Assembly (NCBI GenBank): GCA_963847625.1
Contig: CAWKAR010000027.1
Coordinates: 192,001-256,000, forward strand
Source: a candidate division FCPU426 bacterium
GTDB taxonomy: Bacteria > Oederibacteriota > Muellerivitia > Muellerivitales > Muellerivitaceae
Length of the DNA stretch: 64,000 nt
Direction of reading: 5' to 3'
Below, piece by piece: positions 42,224-52,181 of the stretch. Below the pieces are notes generated by a model. That model searched no databases. It was given only the letters and a program-made list of their open reading frames with translations, and was not told the DNA's origin. The translations under genes and the position numbers were made by a program. Numbering within the stretch: the stretch's first letter is position 1; the number at the start of each line of letters is the position of its first letter.

Positions 42224-42296
42224 TGTGTTTATCGCAAGTTGCTCCATTTCAGATAGAGGAATATGATATTTGAAGATTATCTTGCCGGAGGCGTTC

Positions 42297-43409
42297 ATGC
42301 GCCGTTTTTTATATCTAATGGCTTTCGGTCTTATCCTTTCCCCCCTTTTGGGATTTTTCCCGATCGCTTGCAGCAATAAATACAGTGTTACCCCTGCCAA
42401 GACCACACCCATACAAGCCACACCCACACACGTTAATGGCGGCGTGGTGACAACCTTGGCGGGGTCAGGCTCCGGGACATTCGCCAACGGTACGGGGACC
42501 GCTGCCTCCTTCAATTTTCCCACCGGAGTCGCGGCCGACCTGCAGGGAAATGTTTACGTCGCGGATTTGGGCAACAACCTGATCCGGAAAATCACTCCCG
42601 GCGGAGTGGTCTCGACCCTGGCGGGCACGTTGGTGGCCGGCTACGCCGACGGACCCAGTAGCATCGCGTCCTTCTTTTTTCCCCAAGGAGTCGCGTCCGA
42701 TTCCTCCGGGACTGTTTACGTTGCTGATCAGTACAACAATTACATCCGAAAAATTACTCCCGGCGGGGTGGTGTCGACCCTGGCGGGGATAGGGATCCCC
42801 GGGTACGCCAACGGACCAGGGAAAGTCGCATCGTTTAATTTTCCCGAGTACATCGCGGTCGATTCTTCCGGATATCTTTTTATCGGGGATACCGTGAACT
42901 CCATGGTCAGGGAAATTACCCCCGCCTGCGTCGTGTCGACCCTGGCGGGGTCAGGGGCTTTTGGGAACGCCAATGGGCCGGGGAGCACCGCGTCGTTCTC
43001 GGGTTTATGCGGAGTCGCGGTCGATCTTCTCGGAAATGTTTACGTCGCGGATACCCAGAATTGCCTGATCCGTAAAATCACTCCCGGCGGTGTGGTTTCA
43101 ACCCTGGCGGGGAATGGTTTGGTCGGTTCCGCCGACGGGCTGGCGACAGCGGCTTCGTTCAATAACCCCAGCGGGGTAGCGGTTGATTCCTCCGGAACTG
43201 TTTATGTCGCGGATACATTGAACAACCTGATCCGAAAAATTACTCCCGGCGGGGTGGTGTCGACCCTGGTGGGGTCAGGTTCCGCAGGATCCAACGATGG
43301 AACCGGGTCTGCCGCATCCTTTAATAATCCCTTCGGAATCGCGATTGATTCTTCGGGAATTCTTTACGTCGCCGATACTTTGAACAATTTAATACGAAAA
43401 ATACAGTAA
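42297..43409 (+). CDS. NHL-repeat beta-propeller lipoprotein
   Basis: Lipobox PIAC; six repeats of FN.P.GVAVDSSG.VYVAD..NNLIRKITPGGVVSTLAG. Confidence 0.9.
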   Translation: MRRFLYLMAFGLILSPLLGFFPIACSNKYSVTPAKTTPIQATPTHVNGGVVTTLAGSGSGTFANGTGTAASFNFPTGVAADLQGNVYVADLGNNLIRKITPGGVVSTLAGTLVAGYADGPSSIASFFFPQGVASDSSGTVYVADQYNNYIRKITPGGVVSTLAGIGIPGYANGPGKVASFNFPEYIAVDSSGYLFIGDTVNSMVREITPACVVSTLAGSGAFGNANGPGSTASFSGLCGVAVDLLGNVYVADTQNCLIRKITPGGVVSTLAGNGLVGSADGLATAASFNNPSGVAVDSSGTVYVADTLNNLIRKITPGGVVSTLVGSGSAGSNDGTGSAASFNNPFGIAIDSSGILYVADTLNNLIRKIQ

Positions 43410-43571
43410 TCATCATTTGAATCCTGTTTTAGGAACACATCTTTCCACAGATCTTTCCAGCCGCCGGCATCTTTTCAGGACTTAATCCAAGTTTGTCAGT
43501 CCCCTCCGGCTCGGTTAAACTATCCCTGCCACTGGTGAGATGCGGCAAAACCCTTTCGTGAAGGAAAAACA

Positions 43572-44513
43572 ATGCCTGGTAAGCGCCGAATGATCCCTTG
43601 CCCCGCTTGCGGCGAAAAGGACCGCTTCACCGACTATTGTCCCGCGTCGTTCCTGAGGGGAGATATACGTTGGATCAGGGAGTGCGGCAACTGCCGTCTG
43701 TCCGTTCTATGGCCCCTGCCCACCCCAGGGGAACTCAACACTTATTACAACCAGGGATATTACAATTTCAACCGCCATAGCGAGGAAGGGAAGGGCTATT
43801 ACTACGCCCGCATGCTGCGGCGCATCCGGGGAAAGGGCCGGATCTTGGATATCGGCTGTGCCACTGGTTTTTTCCTGAGCGGGATCCGCCAGAATTGCGA
43901 CTGGGAGGTCTACGGCCAGGAAAGGGGAAAAGAGGCGGCAACCTACGCCCGCGAGAAAATGGAGCTTCCCATAAAGGACGTTCCCCTGGAAAAGGCCCAT
44001 TACCCCAAAAATTTTTTTGATTTCATCCACCTCAACAACGTCCTGGAGCACGTGACCGATCCCGCGGCGGTGATGGCCGAGGTGGGCCGCATCCTAAAAC
44101 CGGGGGGACGACTTTATTTGGCCGTTCCCAACGGAGGGGTGGACCGGCACGGCTACCGGGATTACCACCTCCGAATGGGGGAACGCGCGGCCAGCATGGA
44201 TGGGCACTTGTATTTCTTCAGCCCGCTGTCGCTATCCTTTCTCGCCCAAAATGCCGCTCTTCGAATCGAGAAATTCTACAGTTGCGGCCTCAAGCGGGCC
44301 ATGCGCGTCCTGGGTTTATGGCCCCGCAAGCGGGGCTGGGAGCGCGTCTACCAGGGAAGGGAGCCAGGCGAGAGCAGCGTGGAGAGGGCAGTTGAGGTGG
44401 GCCGTTCCTATCCCCGGCTTTATTACCTGTTCAAGCATGGCAAGGAACAGTTGTTGCGGTTTCCTTTTTATTTCCACTGGACCTACGATTTCAACCTTTA
44501 TTTGATGAAGTAA
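43572..44513 (+). CDS. class I SAM-dependent methyltransferase with N-terminal Zn-ribbon
   Basis: CPAC...CGNC, LDIGCATG, VLEHV, LKPGG. Confidence 0.88.
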   Translation: MPGKRRMIPCPACGEKDRFTDYCPASFLRGDIRWIRECGNCRLSVLWPLPTPGELNTYYNQGYYNFNRHSEEGKGYYYARMLRRIRGKGRILDIGCATGFFLSGIRQNCDWEVYGQERGKEAATYAREKMELPIKDVPLEKAHYPKNFFDFIHLNNVLEHVTDPAAVMAEVGRILKPGGRLYLAVPNGGVDRHGYRDYHLRMGERAASMDGHLYFFSPLSLSFLAQNAALRIEKFYSCGLKRAMRVLGLWPRKRGWERVYQGREPGESSVERAVEVGRSYPRLYYLFKHGKEQLLRFPFYFHWTYDFNLYLMK

Positions 44514-44552
44514 CGATGCGGCTTCGGGGACCATGCAAACGCGGGAAGGATT

Positions 44553-45341
44553 ATGCCGGTGAAAAAACCTGTTTTATCTGTCGTCATCATCACCCTCAAT
44601 GAAGAGAAAAAGATCGGGCGCTGCCTGAGGAGTTTGAAATTCTCGAAGGAAACCTTCAGCCGCCTCGAAACCATCGTGGTGGACGCCCGAAGCGGGGATA
44701 AAACCGTGGCGTTGGCGAAATCACTCGGCGCGAAAACCTTTGTCCGTCCCTGGAAAAGCTATTCGGACCAGAAAAACTGGGCCTTGGAGCGCTGTTTGGG
44801 CGATTGGATCCTCTCCCTGGACGCCGACGAGGAATTGACCTCCGAACTCATAGCCGAGATTGAAAAACAGGTTCCTTTGACCCCGGCGGAGGTGGATGGT
44901 TATTCCTTCAAAAGGCGGGCGTTCTTTTTGGGCCGCTGGATCAGGTATTGCGGCTGGTGGCCGGATACCCAGAGGCGGCTGATCCGCAGGGGTTCGGGGG
45001 CCTTTACGAATGAGCCGGTGCATGAAGGGTTGGAAGTGAAGGGTAAAACCCTGGAGCTAAACGAACCCATGAACCACTACACCTACGATTCCATCCGCCA
45101 GTACCTGGATAAAATGAACCGCTATTCTGATTTGGCCGTTTTGGAAATGAAACCCAAGAAAATCCGGTTTTGGTGGTTTTATTTGATCTTTGCCCCCTTC
45201 TTCACCTTCATCCGGATGTATGTTTCCCGGCGGGGGTATTTGGACGGCTGGCATGGTCTAGCGGTTTGCGGACTATCTACCTTCAATGATTTCGTGATTT
45301 GCGCCAAGTTGTGGGAGAAAGTGATTTTAAAGCGCAATTGA
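44553..45341 (+). CDS. GT2 glycosyltransferase (WaaE/KdtX-like)
   Basis: IITLNEE, LDADE, GWWPD, VHE, KMNRYS. Confidence 0.88.
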   Translation: MPVKKPVLSVVIITLNEEKKIGRCLRSLKFSKETFSRLETIVVDARSGDKTVALAKSLGAKTFVRPWKSYSDQKNWALERCLGDWILSLDADEELTSELIAEIEKQVPLTPAEVDGYSFKRRAFFLGRWIRYCGWWPDTQRRLIRRGSGAFTNEPVHEGLEVKGKTLELNEPMNHYTYDSIRQYLDKMNRYSDLAVLEMKPKKIRFWWFYLIFAPFFTFIRMYVSRRGYLDGWHGLAVCGLSTFNDFVICAKLWEKVILKRN

Positions 45342-45402
45342 ATTCAAGGAAACAATTAACTCAGTTAAACTATTCGGGTACACATGAGGTACTCAAAGGA
45401 GA

Positions 45403-46344
45403 ATGCGAATGAAAAAGAAATTCTCGATTTGTTCTGTTGTGACGCTCATCTCCATTTTATTTTTGACTTCACCCGCATCGGCGCAACTGAAGTATAAGAA
45501 ACAAGAAATTTTGCGTTTGAATTGGGGCGAAAACCCGGGACAAATTGGAAAAATAGAACGCCACAAGACTGGGGAAGCCGGCGTTTATCCATCCAGCCTG
45601 GGAATCGACGCAAAAAGTAATTTTTATTTATTGGACACCGTTAATCAAAGAATCCAAATTTTTAATAAAACAGGAGCGTTGCTCCGAACGGTTGACGCCG
45701 GGGAAAAAGGCGTCAAAGAAATGGTGGTGGATGAAAAAGGGAATATTTTTTTACCCTATCGTACGCCGGAAGAATTTTATAAAGTTTCAATGATAAAACC
45801 GGACGGCAAAGTGATCCGCACAAAAGAAGTTTGGTCGGGTTTAATCAGCGACGGGATCATTTATGATTCCAAAGGAAATTCCGTTTCGGCGATCGAGCAA
45901 TATTCCCCGACGAAGTTCGGCATTTCCCCTAAAATTATTCCCGTGCTTGACCTTGCGGAATGCACAAAAACTGAAATCGGCATAAATTATTCGCGGATAA
46001 AAAAGCATTATAAAAAAAACAACATATTCACGAGTAAGACCGTGGTACTCATACCTTTCAAAAATGGAATGAGTACCCACCCGCAAGTTCTGGGAGTTGA
46101 TGAAAATGGGAATGTATTTGTTTTATACAGTTTTTTTCCAAGGCCCGGGGCCCAGACTTTAGCGGCGGATAGTGTTTACGTTTACTCGCCGGACGGCCAA
46201 TGCCAGGATGATATTCCCGTAGAAGTGGAAAAGCGCACTTCTGAAAGCCCTAACTCAAATTTATTCAAAGTGGATAATAAAGGGAATCTCTACCAACTAT
46301 GTTTGTTAAAAAATGGCGCCCATTTATTTAAGTGGTCTCGTTAA
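45403..46344 (+). CDS. secreted hypothetical protein, probably beta-propeller (AT-rich)
   Basis: Signal peptide ending ASA; NHL-like YLLDTVNQRIQIF and repeated VD..GN. Confidence 0.6.
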   Translation: MRMKKKFSICSVVTLISILFLTSPASAQLKYKKQEILRLNWGENPGQIGKIERHKTGEAGVYPSSLGIDAKSNFYLLDTVNQRIQIFNKTGALLRTVDAGEKGVKEMVVDEKGNIFLPYRTPEEFYKVSMIKPDGKVIRTKEVWSGLISDGIIYDSKGNSVSAIEQYSPTKFGISPKIIPVLDLAECTKTEIGINYSRIKKHYKKNNIFTSKTVVLIPFKNGMSTHPQVLGVDENGNVFVLYSFFPRPGAQTLAADSVYVYSPDGQCQDDIPVEVEKRTSESPNSNLFKVDNKGNLYQLCLLKNGAHLFKWSR

Positions 46345-46567
46345 TCATTCAAAGAGGATCCGCTTTTTGCCCGTGAACCCATGGGTCAAGCCATTCTTGC
46401 GCGTTCAAGCAACTCTTCTTTCCCCAGTGTCTTCCCTTCCGATTCCGAATATTGGCTCGATTCGATAAAATCAAAGGGTTTAAAATATTTAAAGAAGGGC
46501 AGGACAGCGCTGAGTTAGAATGTTAAATTAAAGCTTGTCACTGGATTAACCGAGGCGAAGAAACCAC

Positions 46568-47161
46568 ATGGTTTGGAAAAAACATTCTCTTTGGGCGGCG
46601 ATAATGCTCGCATCCGCCATTTTTATTTCATCCGGTTGCGGCTCGCCCAATCCGGCCCCTCCGAAACCCGGGGGATTGCAGGTGGGGGATAAAGCTACGG
46701 ATTTCTCCCTTTTGGACTCGGACGGCCACACCGTGACCCTTTCAAATGTCAAGGAAGGATGGTACCTCGTCCTTTTTTTTTACCGCGGCTATTGGTGCTC
46801 GGCCTGCCTGAACCAGTTGTTGAACCTGAAACAGGATTTCCCCAAATTTGCGGCATTCCATGCCGCGGTGGTTGCAGTCAGTACGGACAGCGTGGAGGAC
46901 AGCAACCATTTCAACCAACAATGGCGGTTTCCCTTTCCCCTGTTTTCGGACCCGCGGCTCCACTTGATCGACGATTACGGGGCCCGGCATCCCGAGGGGC
47001 ACGAAGGCAAGGATATCGCCCACCCGGCTGTCATCATCATCGATCCCCAAAAAATCGTCCGGTATAAATACATCGGGAAATTCGCGACGGACCGTCCCGA
47101 AGACGATGAAATCCTTTACACCATTCAGCAATTGGAAAAAAACTTTCCCCCGGCCCAGTAA
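46568..47161 (+). CDS. peroxiredoxin-like (AhpC/TSA) lipoprotein
   Basis: Lipobox SSGC; GDKATDFSL, YRGYWCSAC, LFSDP. Confidence 0.85.
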   Translation: MVWKKHSLWAAIMLASAIFISSGCGSPNPAPPKPGGLQVGDKATDFSLLDSDGHTVTLSNVKEGWYLVLFFYRGYWCSACLNQLLNLKQDFPKFAAFHAAVVAVSTDSVEDSNHFNQQWRFPFPLFSDPRLHLIDDYGARHPEGHEGKDIAHPAVIIIDPQKIVRYKYIGKFATDRPEDDEILYTIQQLEKNFPPAQ

Positions 47162-47176
47162 ACGGTAAATCCATCC

Positions 47177-47914
47177 ATGAGAACCGGTTTCGAAGCGAAG
47201 GGCGGGCCGGTTGGAATCCTTCTTTTACACGGCTTGAGCGGTACGCCGGAAGAGGTAAAACCCTTGGGTGATTACCTGGCCCAAAGGGGGTTCTCCACAT
47301 TGGGGCCATGGCTTCCGGGACATGGCACAAACCCGGTGGATCTGGCGAAAACAAAATGGCAGGATTGGGCGTCAAGTTCCCGGGAAGCCTTGGAATCCCT
47401 CCGGCAACACTGTCCCAGGGTATATGTCGGGGGCCTTTCCATGGGCGGGGTCTTGGCCCTCCACTTGGCGGCCCATTACCCGGTTTCGGGCCTGATTTCC
47501 ATGGCCGCGCCGGTTCGGATTTCCGACTTTCGTTTCAAAGGCATCGCTTTTTTCCGTTTCCTCCAATGGAGGACCTCCCAATTGACCGGGGGCGTCCTGA
47601 ACCCGGCTGTTTCTCACTTGACCTATCCCTATGTCGCCACGAAAAGCCTACACGAACTCAAGAAATTGATGGACCGGGTTTGGAAGGATTTAGCCTTGGT
47701 AAAAGTTCCGGCATTGATCATCCAGGGAAGGAAGGATTCCATGGTACCACCTGATAATGGCGGCTTAATCCACCAGCGGTTGGGTTCCACCCTGAAACAC
47801 CTCCTTTATCTGGATAGATCCGACCATGTGGTGACCTTGGACTATGACAGGGAGACCGTATTTGAAAAAACGCTATGTTTTATCCAGTCGGATGGAATTC
47901 GAGTTAATGCGTGA
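47177..47914 (+). CDS. alpha/beta-hydrolase carboxylesterase
   Basis: LLHG, LPGHG, GLSMGG, D and H catalytic positions. Confidence 0.9.
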   Translation: MRTGFEAKGGPVGILLLHGLSGTPEEVKPLGDYLAQRGFSTLGPWLPGHGTNPVDLAKTKWQDWASSSREALESLRQHCPRVYVGGLSMGGVLALHLAAHYPVSGLISMAAPVRISDFRFKGIAFFRFLQWRTSQLTGGVLNPAVSHLTYPYVATKSLHELKKLMDRVWKDLALVKVPALIIQGRKDSMVPPDNGGLIHQRLGSTLKHLLYLDRSDHVVTLDYDRETVFEKTLCFIQSDGIRVNA

Positions 47915-48091
47915 GATTGGCATCCTTTAACTTCCGAAAGGCTGATAATAATTGACAGGTATTGTCCCGACTCTTATGTTAAAAAGTAAGAAATATCCGT
48001 AAAATGGTAGAAACCGCGAGGCAATGTAGTTTCTAATAAATCATCGGCTTGAAACGATAACTTCATTCATTCGTTCCTTCGGCAAAGGATT

Positions 48092-49009
48092 ATGACCCAC
48101 CATTTCCATTCCCATTTCAAAAAGAAAATAACCATCATGGTGATTCCCCATGACGGCGGGAAACCCATCCAAATCAAGTCGAATTTTTATACCCTTTACG
48201 CTTTGATTTTGGTTTTGGCGGGGATCCTCGCTTGGGCGGGTTTGATCGTCCACAAAGACGTGGATTACCATTTGGCACTGATGACCCAACAGCGTTTCAA
48301 GGCCAATATGCAGGAGATCCTGGGCGAGTTGGAAAACAACCGTGTCCTCCTTTCGCGAATGTCCCAGGTGGACGTCCAGTTCCGGAAACTTTTAAAATTG
48401 GGCGACCGCAAACAGGTCCTGGCCTATAACGGAATGGGCGGGCCGACCGAGGAGGATTCCACCCGGTTGTCCCAAATCCTCCAGGAGAAAAACGACCAGC
48501 TCATGGGTAAGATCGACGCCAGTTTGAAAGGCACCCACCAACAAGCCGCCCTTCAGGAGGCCAGCTTCAAGGAAATAAGCGTGTTCCTGGACAAGCAACG
48601 GTCCATCCTGGCCGCCACTCCCTCCATTTGGCCCATCAAAGGCTGGATTACTTCCGGTTTCGGGGCGCGGGCTTCCCCCCTGACGGGTGAACCGGGAAGG
48701 CACATGGGGGTGGACATCGCCAACGAAATCGGCACACCCATTCGCGCGACCGCCGATGGAATGGTGACTTACGCCGGCTGGGAAACGGGTTACGGACGTT
48801 TGGTGGCTATCGAACACGGTTATGGCTATAGCACCAGGTACGGCCATTGCTCCCGCCTGGAAATCCACGTGGGGGACGAGATAAAAAGGGGACAGATCAT
48901 CGGTTACGTGGGCTCCTCGGGACGGTCCACGGGAAGCCATTGCCATTACGAAGTGCGCATCCACGGCATTCCGGTGGACCCGGAAAAGTACCTTCCACAG
49001 GATAATTGA
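48092..49009 (+). CDS. M23 family metallopeptidase with TM helix and coiled coil
   Basis: PSIWP, HMGVD, YGH, STGSHCHYE. Confidence 0.92.
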   Translation: MTHHFHSHFKKKITIMVIPHDGGKPIQIKSNFYTLYALILVLAGILAWAGLIVHKDVDYHLALMTQQRFKANMQEILGELENNRVLLSRMSQVDVQFRKLLKLGDRKQVLAYNGMGGPTEEDSTRLSQILQEKNDQLMGKIDASLKGTHQQAALQEASFKEISVFLDKQRSILAATPSIWPIKGWITSGFGARASPLTGEPGRHMGVDIANEIGTPIRATADGMVTYAGWETGYGRLVAIEHGYGYSTRYGHCSRLEIHVGDEIKRGQIIGYVGSSGRSTGSHCHYEVRIHGIPVDPEKYLPQDN

Positions 49010-49025
49010 GGAAAGGAAGACAATA

Positions 49026-49421
49026 ATGAGTTTATTTCACTGGGGTGATGGGAAGGCCATGGGAAGCGTGGATACCATCATCGGCCACGACACTTCGTTG
49101 CGCGGGAGTTACCATTCGAAAAACACCATCCGGGTGGACGGGGAGATTTACGGGAATGTCACCAGCGAGGATGGGATTATCGTCGGGGAAAAGGGAATGG
49201 TCCGCGGAAACCTGACGGGGAAAGCCATTTTCATCGGGGGAAAGGTGAAGGGAAACATCATCGCATTCCAAAGGCTTGAGTTGCAGAGCACGGCCCAAAT
49301 CGAGGGGGATGTTACGACTCCCGTCCTGGTGATCGATGACGGGGCGATTTTCGATGGAAACTGCAAAATGGAGGAAGAAAACAAGGTCGTGGACTTGTCT
49401 AAAACGTCCCGTGAATTGTAA
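49026..49421 (+). CDS. bactofilin (CcmA family)
   Basis: TIIG, IRVDG, G.V.GN repeats, GAIFDGNC. Confidence 0.92.
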   Translation: MSLFHWGDGKAMGSVDTIIGHDTSLRGSYHSKNTIRVDGEIYGNVTSEDGIIVGEKGMVRGNLTGKAIFIGGKVKGNIIAFQRLELQSTAQIEGDVTTPVLVIDDGAIFDGNCKMEEENKVVDLSKTSREL

Positions 49422-49442
49422 GTGAACCCATGGAAATCCAAG

Positions 49443-49472
49443 AAAGGGGCGCTGACCAGCGTCCCTTTTTTA
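49443..49472 (+). terminator. intrinsic terminator (possibly bidirectional)
   Basis: AAAGGGGCGCT-GACC-AGCGTCCCTTTTTT. Confidence 0.7.
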
Positions 49473-49539
49473 TTTCCCGGGTAGGTTTCCGGAATCAACC
49501 CTGTGCTAAAATCCCTTGGGCTTTAAGAAAGAAAAAACC

Positions 49540-50709
49540 ATGAAAAAGAAAAAACCGAAAGGTATTTACCTCGATTGCGCGGCCACGACCCTCCAAAAAC
49601 CGCCCCAGGTGCTGAAAGCGCTGGTCCAATACGCCACCGAAGTGGGGGTTTCCCACGGCCGGGGGGCTTATCGCAAGGGGATCGAGGCCAACGAGCTGGT
49701 TTTCCAAACCCGCCTGGCGTTAGCCAAACTGTTCAACGTCCAGCGGATGGACCGGATCCTTTTCATGAAAAACGTGACCGAAGCGCTTAACACCGCTTTG
49801 AAGGGATTCCTGAAAAAAGGGGACCACGTCGTCCTCTCCAGCTTGGAGCATAACGCGGTCATCAGGCCCTTGAACAAGTTGAAGGCCTCCCAGGGTCTGG
49901 AATACACCTTGGTGCCGGCCAACAGCCAAGGCCGCCTGAATCCCTACGACTTCGAAAAGGCCCTCAGGCCCAACACCCGGATGGTCTGTCTCGTCCACGC
50001 CTCCAACGTCACCGGCAATTTGAGCCCGGTGGAGGAAGTGGGGGCCCTTTGTTCCAGGAAAGGGATCGCTTTCCTGTTGGACGCGGCCCAAACCGCGGGA
50101 TTGGTCCCCCTTTCGATGAAGGACCTCCATGTGGATTTTCTCGCCTTCACCGGCCATAAGGGCCTGATGGGCCCCACAGGAACGGGGGGACTGGTTGTGG
50201 CGCCCCAGTGGAACCTGGATTCTTTCCTGGAAGGGGGAACCGGATCCAACAGCGATAAGGAGGAACAACCCCAAAATTGGCCGGACAAGTTCGAAAGCGG
50301 GACCCAGAATTACTGGGGACTGGCTGGCCTCAAGGCGGCCGTGGAATTTCTCCTGAAATCAGGGGTGGAAAGTGTGCGCAACAAAGAGGAAGCCCTGACA
50401 GGGCTATTCCTAACCGAAGTGGGAAAAATAAGAGGGATAAAAGTATACGGTTTGCCCGGCGGCACGGGCAAGGAAAGGATCGCAGTGGTTTCCCTCAATG
50501 TCGAGGGAAAGGACCCTTCCGAAGTGGGGTTTGAATTGGACGAGAAGTATGGAATCATGACCCGGGTGGGATTGCACTGCGCGCCCCTGGCCCACCGAAC
50601 CATCGGGACCTACCCCGTCGGAACGGTGCGGTTCAGCTTCGGTTACTACAACACCGAGAAGGAAATCGAGAAAGCCTTAATGGCTTTAAGGGAAATGACG
50701 AAAAAATAG
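49540..50709 (+). CDS. cysteine desulfurase family protein (class V PLP enzyme)
   Basis: YLDCAAT, EHNAV, HASNVTG, DAAQ, TGHKG, RVGLHCAP. Confidence 0.9.
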   Translation: MKKKKPKGIYLDCAATTLQKPPQVLKALVQYATEVGVSHGRGAYRKGIEANELVFQTRLALAKLFNVQRMDRILFMKNVTEALNTALKGFLKKGDHVVLSSLEHNAVIRPLNKLKASQGLEYTLVPANSQGRLNPYDFEKALRPNTRMVCLVHASNVTGNLSPVEEVGALCSRKGIAFLLDAAQTAGLVPLSMKDLHVDFLAFTGHKGLMGPTGTGGLVVAPQWNLDSFLEGGTGSNSDKEEQPQNWPDKFESGTQNYWGLAGLKAAVEFLLKSGVESVRNKEEALTGLFLTEVGKIRGIKVYGLPGGTGKERIAVVSLNVEGKDPSEVGFELDEKYGIMTRVGLHCAPLAHRTIGTYPVGTVRFSFGYYNTEKEIEKALMALREMTKK

Positions 50710-50815
50710 TAGTGCGTCAATTTAGCTGTCATTGCGAGCCCCACGCACCGCAGCGTGTGGCAGGGGTGAATTATGTGGCGGGCTTGAAGTGGTTGGCCTT
50801 TGGCCAACCATGCTA

Positions 50816-51950
50816 GTGTAGTGCGTCCTAAATAACTTTACTTAACAAGAGATCTTGCCTATCATATTTGTAAATGAGGCACGCAGAAGCCATCGCTTTG
50901 TCACCGGAGGAACGCTCCACGTTGGATACATGGGCCACGGGGAGAAAACTTCCCTTCCGGCTAGTCCAACGGGCCCGGATTATTCAAATGGCGGCCAATG
51001 GAGTTTTTAGCCAGGAAATCGCCCGAAAATTGAAAATTTCCCGTCCCACTGTTCAACTGTGGAGGCAGAGGTTTCTGGCCCTACGATTGCCCGGATTGGA
51101 GAAGGACGCTCCTCGTCCTGGCCGTATCCCCCGCATTCTTCAGAAACAAATCTCCGCAGTTATTGAAGCTACCCTTCACACAACCCCTGCCAACGCCACC
51201 CACTGGAGCACGCGCAGCATGGCCAAAGCAAAGGGTCTCAGCGAAGCCACAATCCGAAGAATCTGGAAGCGGCACAACCTAAAACCACACTTAATCGAAA
51301 CCTTCAAGCTCAGCAAAGACAAGCGGTTCTTAGAAAAGTTCCACGATGTGGTGGGGCTTTATTTGAATCCACCCGACAAGGCGTTAGTTCTATGTGTGGA
51401 CGAAAAGAGCCAGATTCAGGCTTTGGATCGCACTCAACCTATGCTGCCATTGCGTCCGGGCATTCCAGCCCGTCAAACCCACGACTACAAACGCAACGGG
51501 ACAACAACTCTGTTTGCCGCTTTAAGTATGTTGGATGGCAAAGTCATCGGAGATTGTATGCCTCGGCACCGGCATCAGGAATTCATCCGTTTTTTGCAAA
51601 TCATTGACGTCAAGACACCTTCTGACTTGGCTTTGCATCTGATCGTGGACAACTACGGGACTCACAAACATCCCAGGGTCCAATCTTGGCTAAAACGCCA
51701 CCCGCGATTCTGCCTTCACTTCATTCCTACTTCCTCGTCCTGGCTCAACATGGTGGAGCGTTGGTTCCGCGAAATCACGGACAAACGGATTCGCCGTGGT
51801 TCCTTCAATAGCGTGCCGGATTTGATAGAGGCTATCAGGCAGTTCATTGAAGCCAATAACCAAAAACCGCACGTTTTTATGTGGACGGCTTCGGCAGAAA
51901 AAATCTTGGCCAAAATTACCAAATGTAAAGAAGCGTTAGACGCACTACAC
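50816..51950 (+). mobile_element. IS630-family insertion sequence
   Basis: IRs GTGTAGTGCGTC / GACGCACTACAC; TA duplication in a CTAG context (50814-15, 51951-52). Confidence 0.92.
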
Positions 51951-51953
51951 TAG
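50874..51953 (+). CDS. IS630-family transposase
   Basis: HWSTR, CVDEKSQIQAL, DNYGTHK, SSWLNMVERWF; stop codon uses the target TA. Confidence 0.95.
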   Translation: MRHAEAIALSPEERSTLDTWATGRKLPFRLVQRARIIQMAANGVFSQEIARKLKISRPTVQLWRQRFLALRLPGLEKDAPRPGRIPRILQKQISAVIEATLHTTPANATHWSTRSMAKAKGLSEATIRRIWKRHNLKPHLIETFKLSKDKRFLEKFHDVVGLYLNPPDKALVLCVDEKSQIQALDRTQPMLPLRPGIPARQTHDYKRNGTTTLFAALSMLDGKVIGDCMPRHRHQEFIRFLQIIDVKTPSDLALHLIVDNYGTHKHPRVQSWLKRHPRFCLHFIPTSSSWLNMVERWFREITDKRIRRGSFNSVPDLIEAIRQFIEANNQKPHVFMWTASAEKILAKITKCKEALDALH

Positions 51954-52181
51954 GGCCGTAGGCCCCAGACAACCCCAGTTTATGGGTGATTTTGGAATGT
52001 ATAGTTTCTGGCATTATTTAAACTTAGGTTGCTTCGTCATAGACGTCCGCCTATTCGGCGGACATTTCCTCGCAATGACACCTAAATCAAATAAAAAGCC
52101 TCCCTTTGGTTATCCAGCTTGATTAAGGTTTGCCAAAAAGCATAACATTCCAACATTATTTGATGAATTCCGAGGTTTGAA

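Larger units (their letters stand above)
50727..52080. repeat. family B REP-like element split by IS630
   Basis: Left end TGTCATTGCGAG at 50727; right part 51954-52080 resembles 6230-6350. Confidence 0.7.

Noticed and set aside
42450..43400. DNA repeats in the NHL gene as a DGR template/variable pair
   Set aside because: They are the protein's blade repeats, differences are not adenine-specific, and no reverse transcriptase is present
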